DNA of 64,000 nt from Eubacteriales bacterium (GTDB lineage: Bacteria; Bacillota; Clostridia; Oscillospirales; CAG-272): contig JAZODF010000003.1 of NCBI GenBank assembly GCA_045596865.1, positions 15,525-79,524 on the forward strand, in the 5' to 3' direction. Position 1 is the stretch's first letter, and every line of letters starts with the position of its first letter. The notes beneath the pieces were generated by a model. That model worked only from the letters and a program-made list of their open reading frames with translations. It was not told where the DNA came from and made no database searches. Positions 44,280 to 52,987 of the stretch are shown one piece after another. A program made the translations under genes and the position numbers.

Positions 44280-45208
44280 GAAAGGATATCTCCGATTTGA
44301 ATTTTTCTGCCACGGACGAGGTCGCCCGCGGTCATTCTTCCCTTGCCCTCGGGGATGACGCCCTTGATAAGAAGCGCGCCCTCGCCGCAGGCGACGGTGA
44401 TGCTGCCCTCACCCTTTGCATCGGTGGCGATTACCTCGCCGGGCTGACCCCTGCCGACGGTGGGTGTGGCGTTAAATATTTTGAGCATTTTGCCGCCGTG
44501 ATATGCAAACGCGCCGGGAATCGGCGTTACGCCGCGTATGATGGGGTCGAGGACGGTGGCGGGCCTCGTGAAATCAATTTTACAATCGCTCTTTTCAATT
44601 TTTGCCGCGTAGCATGCGAGCGAATCATCCTGCGGCGTGCGAGAAGCCCTGCCCGCAAAAATCTCGGGGATGGTATCGACGAGCAATTTACCGCCGATTT
44701 CGGCAGAGCGGTCGTGGATATCCTCAAAATCGTCGGTCGGGCCGATGGGGAATTTCACCTGTGTGATGACGTCACCCGTGTCCAGCCCCTCCGCCATATA
44801 CATAACGGTGACGCCCGTCTCCCTTTCTCCGCACATTATCGCACGCTGCATCGGGGCGGCGCCGCGGTATTTCGGCAGGAGGGATACGTGGAGGTTGATG
44901 CAACCGAATTTCGGGTAGTCGAGGACGTATTTCGGCAGAATTTTGCCGTAGGCAACGACGACGATGATGTCGGGCTTCTCGACCTCGAGGGTTGCGGAAA
45001 ACGCCCCGTCGCGGAGCGTGTCGGGGGTATATACGGTGATGCCGAGCGAGTCGGCGAGCGCACGCACGGGGGTGGGGGTCATTACGTTGCCCCTGCCGCG
45101 CGGCTTGTCCTTTCCCGTGACGACCGAGGTGACGTTAAGTCCGCCGTCAACGAGCGAAGAGAGGCAGGTTGCCGCAATTTCGGGCGTGCCCATAAACATA
45201 ATATTCAT
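44276..45208 (-). CDS. fmt: Methionyl-tRNA formyltransferase
   Basis: MFMGTPEIA...NLHVSLLPKYRGAAP. It has an ATGA-type overlap with the downstream gene. Confidence 0.9.
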   Translation of the reverse strand: MNIMFMGTPEIAATCLSSLVDGGLNVTSVVTGKDKPRGRGNVMTPTPVRALADSLGITVYTPDTLRDGAFSATLEVEKPDIIVVVAYGKILPKYVLDYPKFGCINLHVSLLPKYRGAAPMQRAIMCGERETGVTVMYMAEGLDTGDVITQVKFPIGPTDDFEDIHDRSAEIGGKLLVDTIPEIFAGRASRTPQDDSLACYAAKIEKSDCKIDFTRPATVLDPIIRGVTPIPGAFAYHGGKMLKIFNATPTVGRGQPGEVIATDAKGEGSITVACGEGALLIKGVIPEGKGRMTAGDLVRGRKIQIGDILS

Positions 45209-45295
45209 AAGTGGGACCTCCTTTCGGCAAATGAGAATACCTGCCGCAAAAGACGTATGCGCGCATTATTCCCCGCCAAAATTCTAGTATTCTTT

Positions 45296-45757
45296 TCAGG
45301 ATTTGGGACTTGGGTCCTTGATCTCGAAGTCGGTGTAGATCTTGCCGTCGAGGTGGTCGCACTCGTGGCAGATGGCACGGGCAAGAAGCTCGGTGCCCGA
45401 GAGGTCGTAGGTCTTGCCGTGGCGGTCGGTGGCACGGACGGTGACGGCGGCAGGACGCTTGACGTAGCCGTACTCGCCGGGGTTGGAAAGACAGCCCTCC
45501 TGCTCACACTGCTCGCCCGAGAAGGCGATGATCTTCGGGTTGATGAGCTCGTAGACGGTGCCCTCCTCAACCTCGATGACCGCGATGCGGCGAAGCACGC
45601 CGACCTGCGGTGCGGCAAGTCCGCAGCCACCCGCCGCGCGCATAGTTTCTATCATATCGTCAAGGAGGGTGCAGATGCGGGGGGTGATCTCCTCGACGGG
45701 GCGACAGGTCTTGCGAAGGATCGGGTCGCCGAATTTAACGATTCTGAGTTTAGCCAT
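45296..45757 (-). CDS. def: Peptide deformylase
   Basis: GLAAPQVG, EGCLS and HECDHL motifs. Confidence 0.9.
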   Translation of the reverse strand: MAKLRIVKFGDPILRKTCRPVEEITPRICTLLDDMIETMRAAGGCGLAAPQVGVLRRIAVIEVEEGTVYELINPKIIAFSGEQCEQEGCLSNPGEYGYVKRPAAVTVRATDRHGKTYDLSGTELLARAICHECDHLDGKIYTDFEIKDPSPKS

Positions 45758-45777
45758 TTTTAATTGTCCTTTCTATA

Positions 45778-48015
45778 CTAGACCGTCAGCGGGTTTAAAT
45801 CAATGCTGAGCGTCAGGTGCGGATCGGTGGAAAATTCGCACAGGACCTCGTGGAAGAGGCGGCGGGAGTCCCCGTTCAGCCTGCATTTGACAACCATGCG
45901 CATACGGTATTTTTCGTTTAGCTTATACACCTGTGCCTCGAAGGGTCCAAAGACAACGAAGGGCAGGCGGGAATATTCGCCCTCAAGGCGTTTTTTCATC
46001 TCCTCGGTGAGGCGCTCACAGCCGCGGCCGAGCGTTGCCTCGTCATCCGCGGTCAGGGTCAGCTGGACCATATCGCAAAACGGCGGGTAGGACAGCTCAC
46101 GGCGCAGGGCGATCTCACCCTCGTAGAAGCCGTCGTAATCCTGCTTGCAGGCGAGGCGGATGGTTTCGTTATTCGGAGAGAAGGTCTGGATGACCGCGAC
46201 GCCGCGGTCGGTTGCCCTGCCCGCGCGACCAATGACCTGCGTGAGGAGGGAGAATGTGCGCTCGGCGGCGCGGAAATCGCTGATATAGAGCGAGGTGTCG
46301 GCAAGCGCGACGCCGACGAGGGTGACGCGCGGGAAATCATGCCCCTTCGCCACCATTTGCGTGCCGAGGAGGATGTCGGCGTTACCCGCACGGAAGTCCT
46401 CTAGCATCCTGTCGTAGGCGAGCTTGCCCGTCGTGGTGTCGGCGTCCATTCGCATGACAGGCATATCGGGGAGGTACTGATTAAGCTCACTCTCCAGCTT
46501 TTGCGTGCCGAAGCCAAGGCGGGAGAGTCGGTCGCTACCGCACCCGTCGCAGGTGCGCGGCAGGGGGCGCGTAAAGCCGCAGAGGTGACAGAGCATCCGT
46601 CCCCCGCGGTCGATGTGGTAGGTCAAGGAAACCGAGCAGCGCGGACAGCTGACGACCTCGCCGCACTCCTTACAGCTGATCTCGCTCGAATAGCCGCGGC
46701 GGTTCAGAAACAGGATCGCCTGCTCATCCCTCTCCTTGACGTCCTCGAGCGATTCCATGAGGCGTTTGGAGATGGCGGTGACGTTGCCCCGTCGCAGCTC
46801 CTCGCGCATATCGACGACGACGGCGGTCGGGAGCCTTGCCCCACCGTACCGCTCGCGCAGGGGCACGAGGGTGTAGGAGCCGCTCTTCGCCTTATAGAAG
46901 CTCTCAAGCGAGGGGGTCGCCGACGCCAGAAGCATCAGGGCGTTATGCCGTCCACAGCGGTAGGCGGCAATATCGCGGGCGTGGTATTTAGGGTCGGTTT
47001 CGGATTTATAGGTGTGCTCGTGCTCCTCGTCGATGACGATCATTCCGATGTCACCAAGCGGCGCGAATATCGCCGAGCGGGTGCCGATAACGAGGTCGAC
47101 CTCATCCCGCCTGACACGGCGGTAGGCATCCTGTCGCTCACCGACGGACAGACCCGAGTGAAGGACGGCGACACGCTCGCCGTAGCGGCGGCAGAAGATG
47201 GACAGAGTTTGCGGGGTGAGCGCAATCTCGGGGACGAGCATAATGACGTTTTTACCGTCGTCGAGGACGCGGTCGATGGCCTTCATAATGACCTTCGTCT
47301 TTCCGCTACCCGTCACGCCATACAGAAGCGCGGCGCGCGCACGGGAGGAGGCGTAGAGGTCGCTGATTGTATCGAAGGCATCGTTTTGCGCCTCGGAAAG
47401 CACTATCTCGGTGCGGTCGAGCACGCGAGCATATTTTTCGTAGGGGTTACGGATGCTCTCGCTCTCGATGACGCCGATATAGCCCTTGTCAATAAGGGCG
47501 CGGATATGCGCCGAGGTGACGCCCGGGAGGGCGCGCAGAAGCTCGGCATCGGCAGAGCCGATGTCGATGAGGTATCGAAGGATAGAGCGCTGACCCTCGC
47601 TGCGGATGCCTGCCCTGCCCTCGCGGGCGAGCAGCTCGGCGGTCTCATCCTCGGTCAGGGTGAGGTAATAGCCGCGGCGCATCCTCACGTTTTCACCCGA
47701 CAGGGCGCCGGGGGGCAGGACGGTGCGCACCGCCTCGCCAAGGGTACAGAGGGTGTAATCCTTCATAAAGCGGGCGATGGCAAGCTGCTCGTCCGTGAGG
47801 GCAAACTGCTCGGCGATCTCGCAAAGAATGCGCTTTATCGTGAATTTAGAGTCGGTCGACTCCTTCACGCGTGTGACGACTGCGGTGCGCGGATTATTAT
47901 ACCTGCCGAAGGGCACGCGCACGAGCATTCCCGCGCGGATATCCTCCCCGCAGGAGTAGTCGTAAGGGCAATCGAGGTGATACGGCGCGTCAAGTAAATG
48001 TACCTCGCAAAACAT
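45778..48015 (-). CDS. priA: Primosomal replication-restart helicase PriA
   Basis: GVTGSGKT Walker A, DEEH box, and Cys4 zinc-finger insert (CKECG...CPRC...CHLCG...CDGCG). I chose ATG 48015, 6 nt after GAGGTG, over the GTG at 48024. Confidence 0.9.
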   Translation of the reverse strand: MFCEVHLLDAPYHLDCPYDYSCGEDIRAGMLVRVPFGRYNNPRTAVVTRVKESTDSKFTIKRILCEIAEQFALTDEQLAIARFMKDYTLCTLGEAVRTVLPPGALSGENVRMRRGYYLTLTEDETAELLAREGRAGIRSEGQRSILRYLIDIGSADAELLRALPGVTSAHIRALIDKGYIGVIESESIRNPYEKYARVLDRTEIVLSEAQNDAFDTISDLYASSRARAALLYGVTGSGKTKVIMKAIDRVLDDGKNVIMLVPEIALTPQTLSIFCRRYGERVAVLHSGLSVGERQDAYRRVRRDEVDLVIGTRSAIFAPLGDIGMIVIDEEHEHTYKSETDPKYHARDIAAYRCGRHNALMLLASATPSLESFYKAKSGSYTLVPLRERYGGARLPTAVVVDMREELRRGNVTAISKRLMESLEDVKERDEQAILFLNRRGYSSEISCKECGEVVSCPRCSVSLTYHIDRGGRMLCHLCGFTRPLPRTCDGCGSDRLSRLGFGTQKLESELNQYLPDMPVMRMDADTTTGKLAYDRMLEDFRAGNADILLGTQMVAKGHDFPRVTLVGVALADTSLYISDFRAAERTFSLLTQVIGRAGRATDRGVAVIQTFSPNNETIRLACKQDYDGFYEGEIALRRELSYPPFCDMVQLTLTADDEATLGRGCERLTEEMKKRLEGEYSRLPFVVFGPFEAQVYKLNEKYRMRMVVKCRLNGDSRRLFHEVLCEFSTDPHLTLSIDLNPLTV

Positions 48016-48057
48016 CCGTATCACCTCACTTTCATTTTCTCTCGTCTTTTAGAAAAA

Positions 48058-48321
48058 TTACTTTGCCTCGCGGGTCATTCTGAACTCGCCGTTGTCGATC
48101 TTCGCGATGGCGAGCTTGACAGCCTTCTGGTCCTTGTACTCGGGCTCGATAAGAGCGGCGAGGGGCTTGTCGGTCTCGTGATTCTCGATCATCTTCTGTG
48201 CCTTCTGGCGCATATCGACGTATCTGTCGGTAACGATGCGCGCACCCTTGGCAACGCCGATAACGAGCTCGTAGCGATTGAACTCACCCTTGGTAAGCTG
48301 GTCGATGGTGGGGTAGATCAT
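48058..48321 (-). CDS. rpoZ: DNA-directed RNA polymerase subunit omega
   Basis: 87 aa; ...NRYELVIGVAKGARIV... is the omega signature. RBS is AAGGAG. Confidence 0.85.
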   Translation of the reverse strand: MIYPTIDQLTKGEFNRYELVIGVAKGARIVTDRYVDMRQKAQKMIENHETDKPLAALIEPEYKDQKAVKLAIAKIDNGEFRMTREAK

Positions 48322-48384
48322 TGTTTTTCTCCTTATATGTTCGGTTAATTTAAATCTGTTTTCGTTCGTTGGGAAGGAAATTCC

Positions 48385-48566
48385 GTTCGTGCGGTGGGTA
48401 ATTTAAACCCGCTTGCCTGCGGTGCCCGTCGCCGTAGCGTGGGACACCCAATTCGTGCGGTGGGTAATTTAAACCTGCTTGCCTGCGGTGCACGTCACGG
48501 TAGCGTGGGACACCCAATTCGTGCGGGTGGTAATTTAAACCCGCTTGCGTGCGGTGCCCTTCGGTC
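48385..48566. repeat. 66-bp tandem repeat x2.75 between remA and rpoZ
   Basis: Units start at 48385, 48451 and 48517. Units 1 and 2 are about 61/66 identical. Each contains TTCGTGCGGTGGGTAATTTAAAC. Confidence 0.9.
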
Positions 48567-48828
48567 AGTCCTCGGGGTCCTCGGCGACCTCGTCGTCGGT
48601 GGCGATGCGGTTGGTGATCGTTTCCGCCTGAATTGCGGAGAGGATAACGTGGTCGGAGTCGGTGACGATGACCGAGCGGGTCCGCCTGCCGCAGGATACG
48701 TCGATCACCCTGCCGTCCTCGCGCGCGTCCTGGACAAGGCGCTTGATAGGTGCGGAATCGGGCGAGGCGACGGCGATAATGCGTCCTGCCGAAACCATAT
48801 TTCCAAATCCGATATTGATGAATTTCAT
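48565..48828 (-). CDS. remA: RemA/DUF370 family regulator
   Basis: [31 protein letters not shown]...[23 protein letters not shown] 48828 follows GGAGG. Confidence 0.8.
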   Translation of the reverse strand: MKFINIGFGNMVSAGRIIAVASPDSAPIKRLVQDAREDGRVIDVSCGRRTRSVIVTDSDHVILSAIQAETITNRIATDDEVAEDPED

Positions 48829-48845
48829 ATAGCCTCCGTTCATCC

Positions 48846-49733
48846 TTACTCGATGTTCTGTACCTGCTCGCGGATCTTCTCAAGCTCGCCCTTCATATTC
48901 ACGACGATGCGGGCAATGCGGGCGTTGTTTGCCTTCGAGCCGATGGTGTTGGTCTCGCGGTTCATCTCCTGCATAAGGAAGTCGAGCTTCCTGCCCGACG
49001 GCTCGGGCGTGGCGGCAATCTCGTAGAATGCGCCAAAGTGGGAGGACAGGCGCACCAGCTCCTCGTCGATGGCGATCTTATCCGCCCATACCGCACACTC
49101 GGTGAGCAGGCGGTTTTCGTCAACCGTCACCGCATTGTCGGCGAGGATGGCGCGAAGGCGTGCCTCGAGCTTATCGCGATAGCCGACGGTGTCCTCGTGC
49201 GAGATCTTCTCAACCTCGGCGGCGTAGGCGCGGACGCACTCGACCTTGCCCTTGATGTCCGCCTCGATGCGTGCGCCCTCGGCGGTGCGCATACGGTCGT
49301 AGTCGGCGATAGCCGCGTCAAGGACGGCGCGGAGGCGCTCCCACTCGGCATCGAGGTCGACGTCGGGACGGGTAACGCGGAATATCTCGGGATTTCTCGC
49401 GACGCTCATCACGGTGATGTCGTCGACGAGGCCAAGCTCGTCACGCAGGGCGCGGAGCGCGGCAACGTAGCTCTCGGCATAGCCGCGGTCGAAGCTGACC
49501 GTGCCGACGGCGTTATCGTGGTTGTCGACGGTGATATACACGTCGACCTTCGCGCGGGAGACGGCGTTCTTTTGTATATAGGACTTCACCTTCTCCTCGA
49601 GGAAGATATATGCGCGGGGCATCTTGACGTTGCAGTCGTAGAAGCGGGAGTTGACCGACTTGATCTCGACGGTGATGTCCTTGTCGGCGCCCTCGATCTT
49701 CGCCCTGCCAAAGGCGGTCATGCTCTTAATCAT
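48846..49733 (-). CDS. yicC: YicC/YloC family stress-induced endoribonuclease-like protein
   Basis: MIKSMTAFG... N-terminus and the DUF1732-like C-terminus [19 protein letters not shown]. Confidence 0.8.
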   Translation of the reverse strand: MIKSMTAFGRAKIEGADKDITVEIKSVNSRFYDCNVKMPRAYIFLEEKVKSYIQKNAVSRAKVDVYITVDNHDNAVGTVSFDRGYAESYVAALRALRDELGLVDDITVMSVARNPEIFRVTRPDVDLDAEWERLRAVLDAAIADYDRMRTAEGARIEADIKGKVECVRAYAAEVEKISHEDTVGYRDKLEARLRAILADNAVTVDENRLLTECAVWADKIAIDEELVRLSSHFGAFYEIAATPEPSGRKLDFLMQEMNRETNTIGSKANNARIARIVVNMKGELEKIREQVQNIE

Positions 49734-50211
49734 TCTTCGGGTCCTCCGCAGGCTTTGCCCTCTTTCTCGGCTTTTTGGAGAGGAGCTTGATCTCCTCCAT
49801 AAAGGAATCGATGTCCTTGAACTCGCGGTAGACCGAGGCGAAGCGGATGTAGGAAACGATGTCGATCTCCTTTAAGCGGGAGAGGACCATTTCACCGATG
49901 TCCTTCGAGGTGATCTCGCTGACGAGGGCGTTTTGCAGCTCGGTTTCAATATCCTTCGCAATCTCGGCGGCGTTGACCGGCCGTTTCTGGCAGGCGCGCT
50001 CGATACCGAGCTTCAGCTTATGCGTGTCGAAGAATTCACGGCGTCCGTCGCGCTTGACAACGGCGATGGATACGGTATCGACGACCTCGTAGGTGGTGAA
50101 GCGCTTGCCACATTTCGGGCATTCGCGGCGGCGCTTAATGCTCGCTCCGCCGTCGTTGGGGCGGGAGTCAAGCACGCGGGAGTCCTGAAAATTACAGGCG
50201 GGGCATTTCAT
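49726..50211 (-). CDS. nrdR: Transcriptional repressor NrdR
   Basis: MKCPACNFQDSRVLDSR...CPKCGKRFTTYE zinc ribbon plus an ATP-cone. I chose ATG 50211. Confidence 0.9.
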   Translation of the reverse strand: MKCPACNFQDSRVLDSRPNDGGASIKRRRECPKCGKRFTTYEVVDTVSIAVVKRDGRREFFDTHKLKLGIERACQKRPVNAAEIAKDIETELQNALVSEITSKDIGEMVLSRLKEIDIVSYIRFASVYREFKDIDSFMEEIKLLSKKPRKRAKPAEDPKND

Positions 50212-50424
50212 AGATATAAATCCTTTACGCGTAAAATATTTCAAAGTGTATTATATCATATATTTTTACGTTTGTAAAGGGGTTTTGAAAATTTGTCGGT
50301 GGTCGAGCGAGCAAGGCAAAAAAAGAAAGGGGCGCACCGCGTTTTCGACCCCGTGGGCCGCTGCGATGCGCCTTGCAAAATGTAAATAGTTGTTAGCGAA
50401 AAATCAAATTAGTATGGGGGCGTG

Positions 50425-51408
50425 TCAAGTTTTGACGAATTTGCCGCGGAGCCATTCGCTAAATCTCTCCATAAATCCGATTCGCAGATTTGCGAAGAAA
50501 TTAAAGGTCAGAGGCCAGAGAACGCCCGCAACCATAACGATGAGGAAGTAGCGGGTAGCGCGGGCAATCATCATCGGGTCGGCGACGAAAAGGCCGAAGA
50601 GTGCCTCAAGCGGCTTTGAGAGGCCGGACTTCACCGCGAGGACGAGTCCGAGGCCGACGGCGAGCTTAATCACCTGCGAATACCAGCGTGCATCTGTGCG
50701 GAAATTGATCTTCAGGCGGTCGAGCGGATACACCACGACAAGGCCGAGCATACAGCCAAAGAGGGTGGCGGCGTTCTTCCTTGCGCTCTCGAAGTTGTGG
50801 GGGTCGATGCCCTCGGGCGAAAGGGTTGCGGTGTAGATAAGGAAGCCGAGGGAGAGGCCTGCGCACACGCCGATAAGAAGGGGCATTGCGCGGTGGAAGC
50901 GCTCCTCGGTCTTGAAGAGCGGATAGAGGCCGAAGACAAGCGCGGCGGCAATCAGGAGGGACACGCCGACGTCGGCGGGGGTATGTACGCCGAGGTACAT
51001 ACGCGAAAATGCGACGAGGGTGATAACGACGGCACAGGTGATGCGGAGCCAATTTCGACGGGCGAAGGCGGCAATTGCGCCAAAGGTGCCCGCGACGTTT
51101 TGCGTGTGACCCGAGGGGAAGGAATATCCCGTAGCCTCGGCAAAGGCGTCGGGGACGACCTTGTCCTTAAAGGAGGGGTCACGCACCCACGGGCGGTCGA
51201 TGCGGCAGATGATCTTGAGGAACTGATTGACGAGCGTGCCGATAAGGCCGGTGATGAGGACGTAGTACCCTTCCCTCTTATCGACGCACCAGAAGATGAA
51301 TATTGCGAGGGCGAGGAACACCGTTTCCTCACCGATGTGGGTGATGAGGGCGAAGAGAAAATCGGTCACGGGGTTATGCAGCTCTGCAAGGAGGTAGAGA
51401 AATTCCAT
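50425..51408 (-). CDS. PAP2-family membrane phosphatase with C-terminal multi-TM extension
   Basis: PAP2 motifs KxxxxxxRP-like (ICRIDRP), PSGHT and SRMYLGVHTPADV. ATG 51408 follows GGGAG. Confidence 0.7.
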   Translation of the reverse strand: MEFLYLLAELHNPVTDFLFALITHIGEETVFLALAIFIFWCVDKREGYYVLITGLIGTLVNQFLKIICRIDRPWVRDPSFKDKVVPDAFAEATGYSFPSGHTQNVAGTFGAIAAFARRNWLRITCAVVITLVAFSRMYLGVHTPADVGVSLLIAAALVFGLYPLFKTEERFHRAMPLLIGVCAGLSLGFLIYTATLSPEGIDPHNFESARKNAATLFGCMLGLVVVYPLDRLKINFRTDARWYSQVIKLAVGLGLVLAVKSGLSKPLEALFGLFVADPMMIARATRYFLIVMVAGVLWPLTFNFFANLRIGFMERFSEWLRGKFVKT

Positions 51409-51495
51409 AAGTTCTCCCTTTCTTCGGTTTACCGACCGAAAGGATCGGGTCAACCGCGTTTTAGTTTTATTCGGATTATTTTGATCTGGCGAGGA

Positions 51496-52341
51496 CTAGC
51501 CAAGGTAGATCTGAAGATAGATGCCCACCCATTGCACGACGGCGCCCGCGAGGACGAAGAAGTGCCAGATGAAGTGCGCGACCTTCGTTTTCATTGCGAA
51601 GGGGATGATGCCGACCGAGTAGATGATGCCGCCGCCGAGGATAAACCAGAGGAAGGCGAGATCGCCCGCGGCGATCATGCGCGGCAGGAGTATAAGTCCG
51701 ACCCAGCCGAGCGCGAGGTAGAGTGGGATATGGATGAAGCGCAGCCGACCCGGTCCGAACACGCCGACGAGCGAGATGCCAATTGCGATTATCAGCCATT
51801 GGATAACGAAGAACACGGTGCCGAACACCCCGCCGATATAGGAAAGGAGTATCGGTGCGAAGGTCGCGCCGATGAGTAGGTAGATGCAGGAGTAGTCAAA
51901 CCTGCGAAAGAGGCGCTTGACCGCCGAGCCGTGTGCGAAGGCGTGGTATAGACAGCTTATCGTGCACATTGTGAACAGGCCGAAGAAGTACATCACGGCA
52001 CCGACGTATTGGTCGGGGCGGGTAGAGTGGGCGAGCATGAGGACGAACGCAACGATGGCGAAAATCGCTCCCGCGCCGTGGGTGACGGAATTGCCAATCT
52101 CCTCGAGCAGGGCGCGCTTCGGCGGGTCGACGGGCGGGCGCTTACCGCGCTCGGTATAGTAATGAAGGGTGTCTGCCTTATACTCTGCCTTCGCGGTGGA
52201 TATGCCGTCCTTGCAGCTCTGACGGAGCGAGCGGGCGGTCGTCCTGAAGTCGCGCCTTGCCGCGCGGAGGGCGGTCTTGTATTTCGCTTTCGTTGAGCGG
52301 GTGGCGCACTTGAATTTTGCCTTGATCTCTTTACGGGTCAT
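51496..52341 (-). CDS. Hemolysin III / PAQR-family membrane protein with basic N-terminal extension
   Basis: NSVTHGAGA, LYHA, DYSCIYLLIGATFAP and HFFVLAGAVVQW. I chose ATG 52341. The 118 upstream codons of the track ORF read through a tandem repeat and a promoter. Confidence 0.75.
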   Translation of the reverse strand: MTRKEIKAKFKCATRSTKAKYKTALRAARRDFRTTARSLRQSCKDGISTAKAEYKADTLHYYTERGKRPPVDPPKRALLEEIGNSVTHGAGAIFAIVAFVLMLAHSTRPDQYVGAVMYFFGLFTMCTISCLYHAFAHGSAVKRLFRRFDYSCIYLLIGATFAPILLSYIGGVFGTVFFVIQWLIIAIGISLVGVFGPGRLRFIHIPLYLALGWVGLILLPRMIAAGDLAFLWFILGGGIIYSVGIIPFAMKTKVAHFIWHFFVLAGAVVQWVGIYLQIYLG

Positions 52342-52363
52342 GTTTCTTACCTTTGTTAAACGG

Positions 52364-52481
52364 GATTGCGATGCGCGGGGATAGGTGCCGCGCGACGGAA
52401 TGGAGCGCGCCCCCGCTGATGTGATTGCGATACGCGGGGATAGGTGTCGCGCGACGGAATGGAGCGCGCCCCCGCTGATAG
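52364..52481. repeat. 59-bp tandem repeat x2 in the hemolysin-III 5' UTR
   Basis: Units are 52364-52422 and 52423-52481, 55/59 identical. Each folds (minus-strand RNA) as GCGGGG-CGCGC-loop-GCGCG-internal loop-CCCCGC. Confidence 0.9.
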
Positions 52482-52485
52482 GGTA

Positions 52486-52514
52486 ATTATACCCCGAACG
52501 GGGCAAAAAGTCAA
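52486..52514 (-). promoter_or_regulatory. Promoter of the hemolysin-III gene
   Basis: On the minus strand: TTGACT-17 nt-TATAAT. The predicted TSS falls at the edge of the 2x59-nt repeat. Confidence 0.55.
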
Positions 52515-52826
52515 GCAAAACGGACAAATCGGCTGTTTTCGGCGCGGCAAAGTCGGGGGACGTGTGCGAAATTCGGCATTTTTTTGCCCGAAAAAGTCGC
52601 AGGGCGAGAGGATGGCGCAGGGAGCGGGCAAAGCAAGGATAGGACAAGGTATGCCAATTCGATAAGGCAACGGGTGACCCCCCAATTTGCGACACAGGGT
52701 GCGACTTGCTTGGTGTGTCCCCTCTCTTTTTTCGGCACCGATAAGCCTATCGCCACCCGTGGGGGTGTGGTATATCCCGACAAAGAAAAGGCGGCAGGGG
52801 TCGCGTGTGCGATTCCCTGCCGCGGT

Positions 52827-52961
52827 GGGCGATTGCCCGTTATTTGCTTGTTGCCCCGCGTTGTCGCGAGCGGGCGATTGCCCGTTATTTGCTTGTTGCT
52901 CCGCGTTGTCGCGAGCGGGCGATTGCCCGATTCTTGCTTGTTACTCCGCCCTGCCCCGAGG
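52827..52961. repeat. 45-bp tandem repeat x~3 just 3' of the giant gene
   Basis: Units start at 52827, 52872 and 52917. Units 1 and 2 are 44/45 identical, and unit 3 diverges into a GC hairpin. Confidence 0.9.
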
Positions 52962-52987
52962 GGCGGGCGGGTTGGTTTATGCGGGGA

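Noticed and set aside
44297-47997. Long + strand ORFs 44297..45763 (488 aa) and 46501..47997 (498 aa)
   Set aside because: They are shadow ORFs opposite fmt/def and priA, which carry unambiguous catalytic motifs.
48350-49026. ORFs 48350..48883 (minus) and 48394..49026 (plus) with repeated peptide QAGLNYPPHELGVPRYG
   Set aside because: The repeated peptide is just the 66-bp tandem DNA repeat read in frame. These ORFs overlap the well-supported remA and yicC genes and have no RBS.
52342-52695. N-terminal 118-codon extension of the hemolysin-III ORF (track start 52695)
   Set aside because: The extension translates the 2x59-bp repeat (GARSIPSRGTYPRASQS twice) and runs through a consensus promoter. 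ATG 52341 has an RBS, and the product from there looks like a complete PAQR protein.
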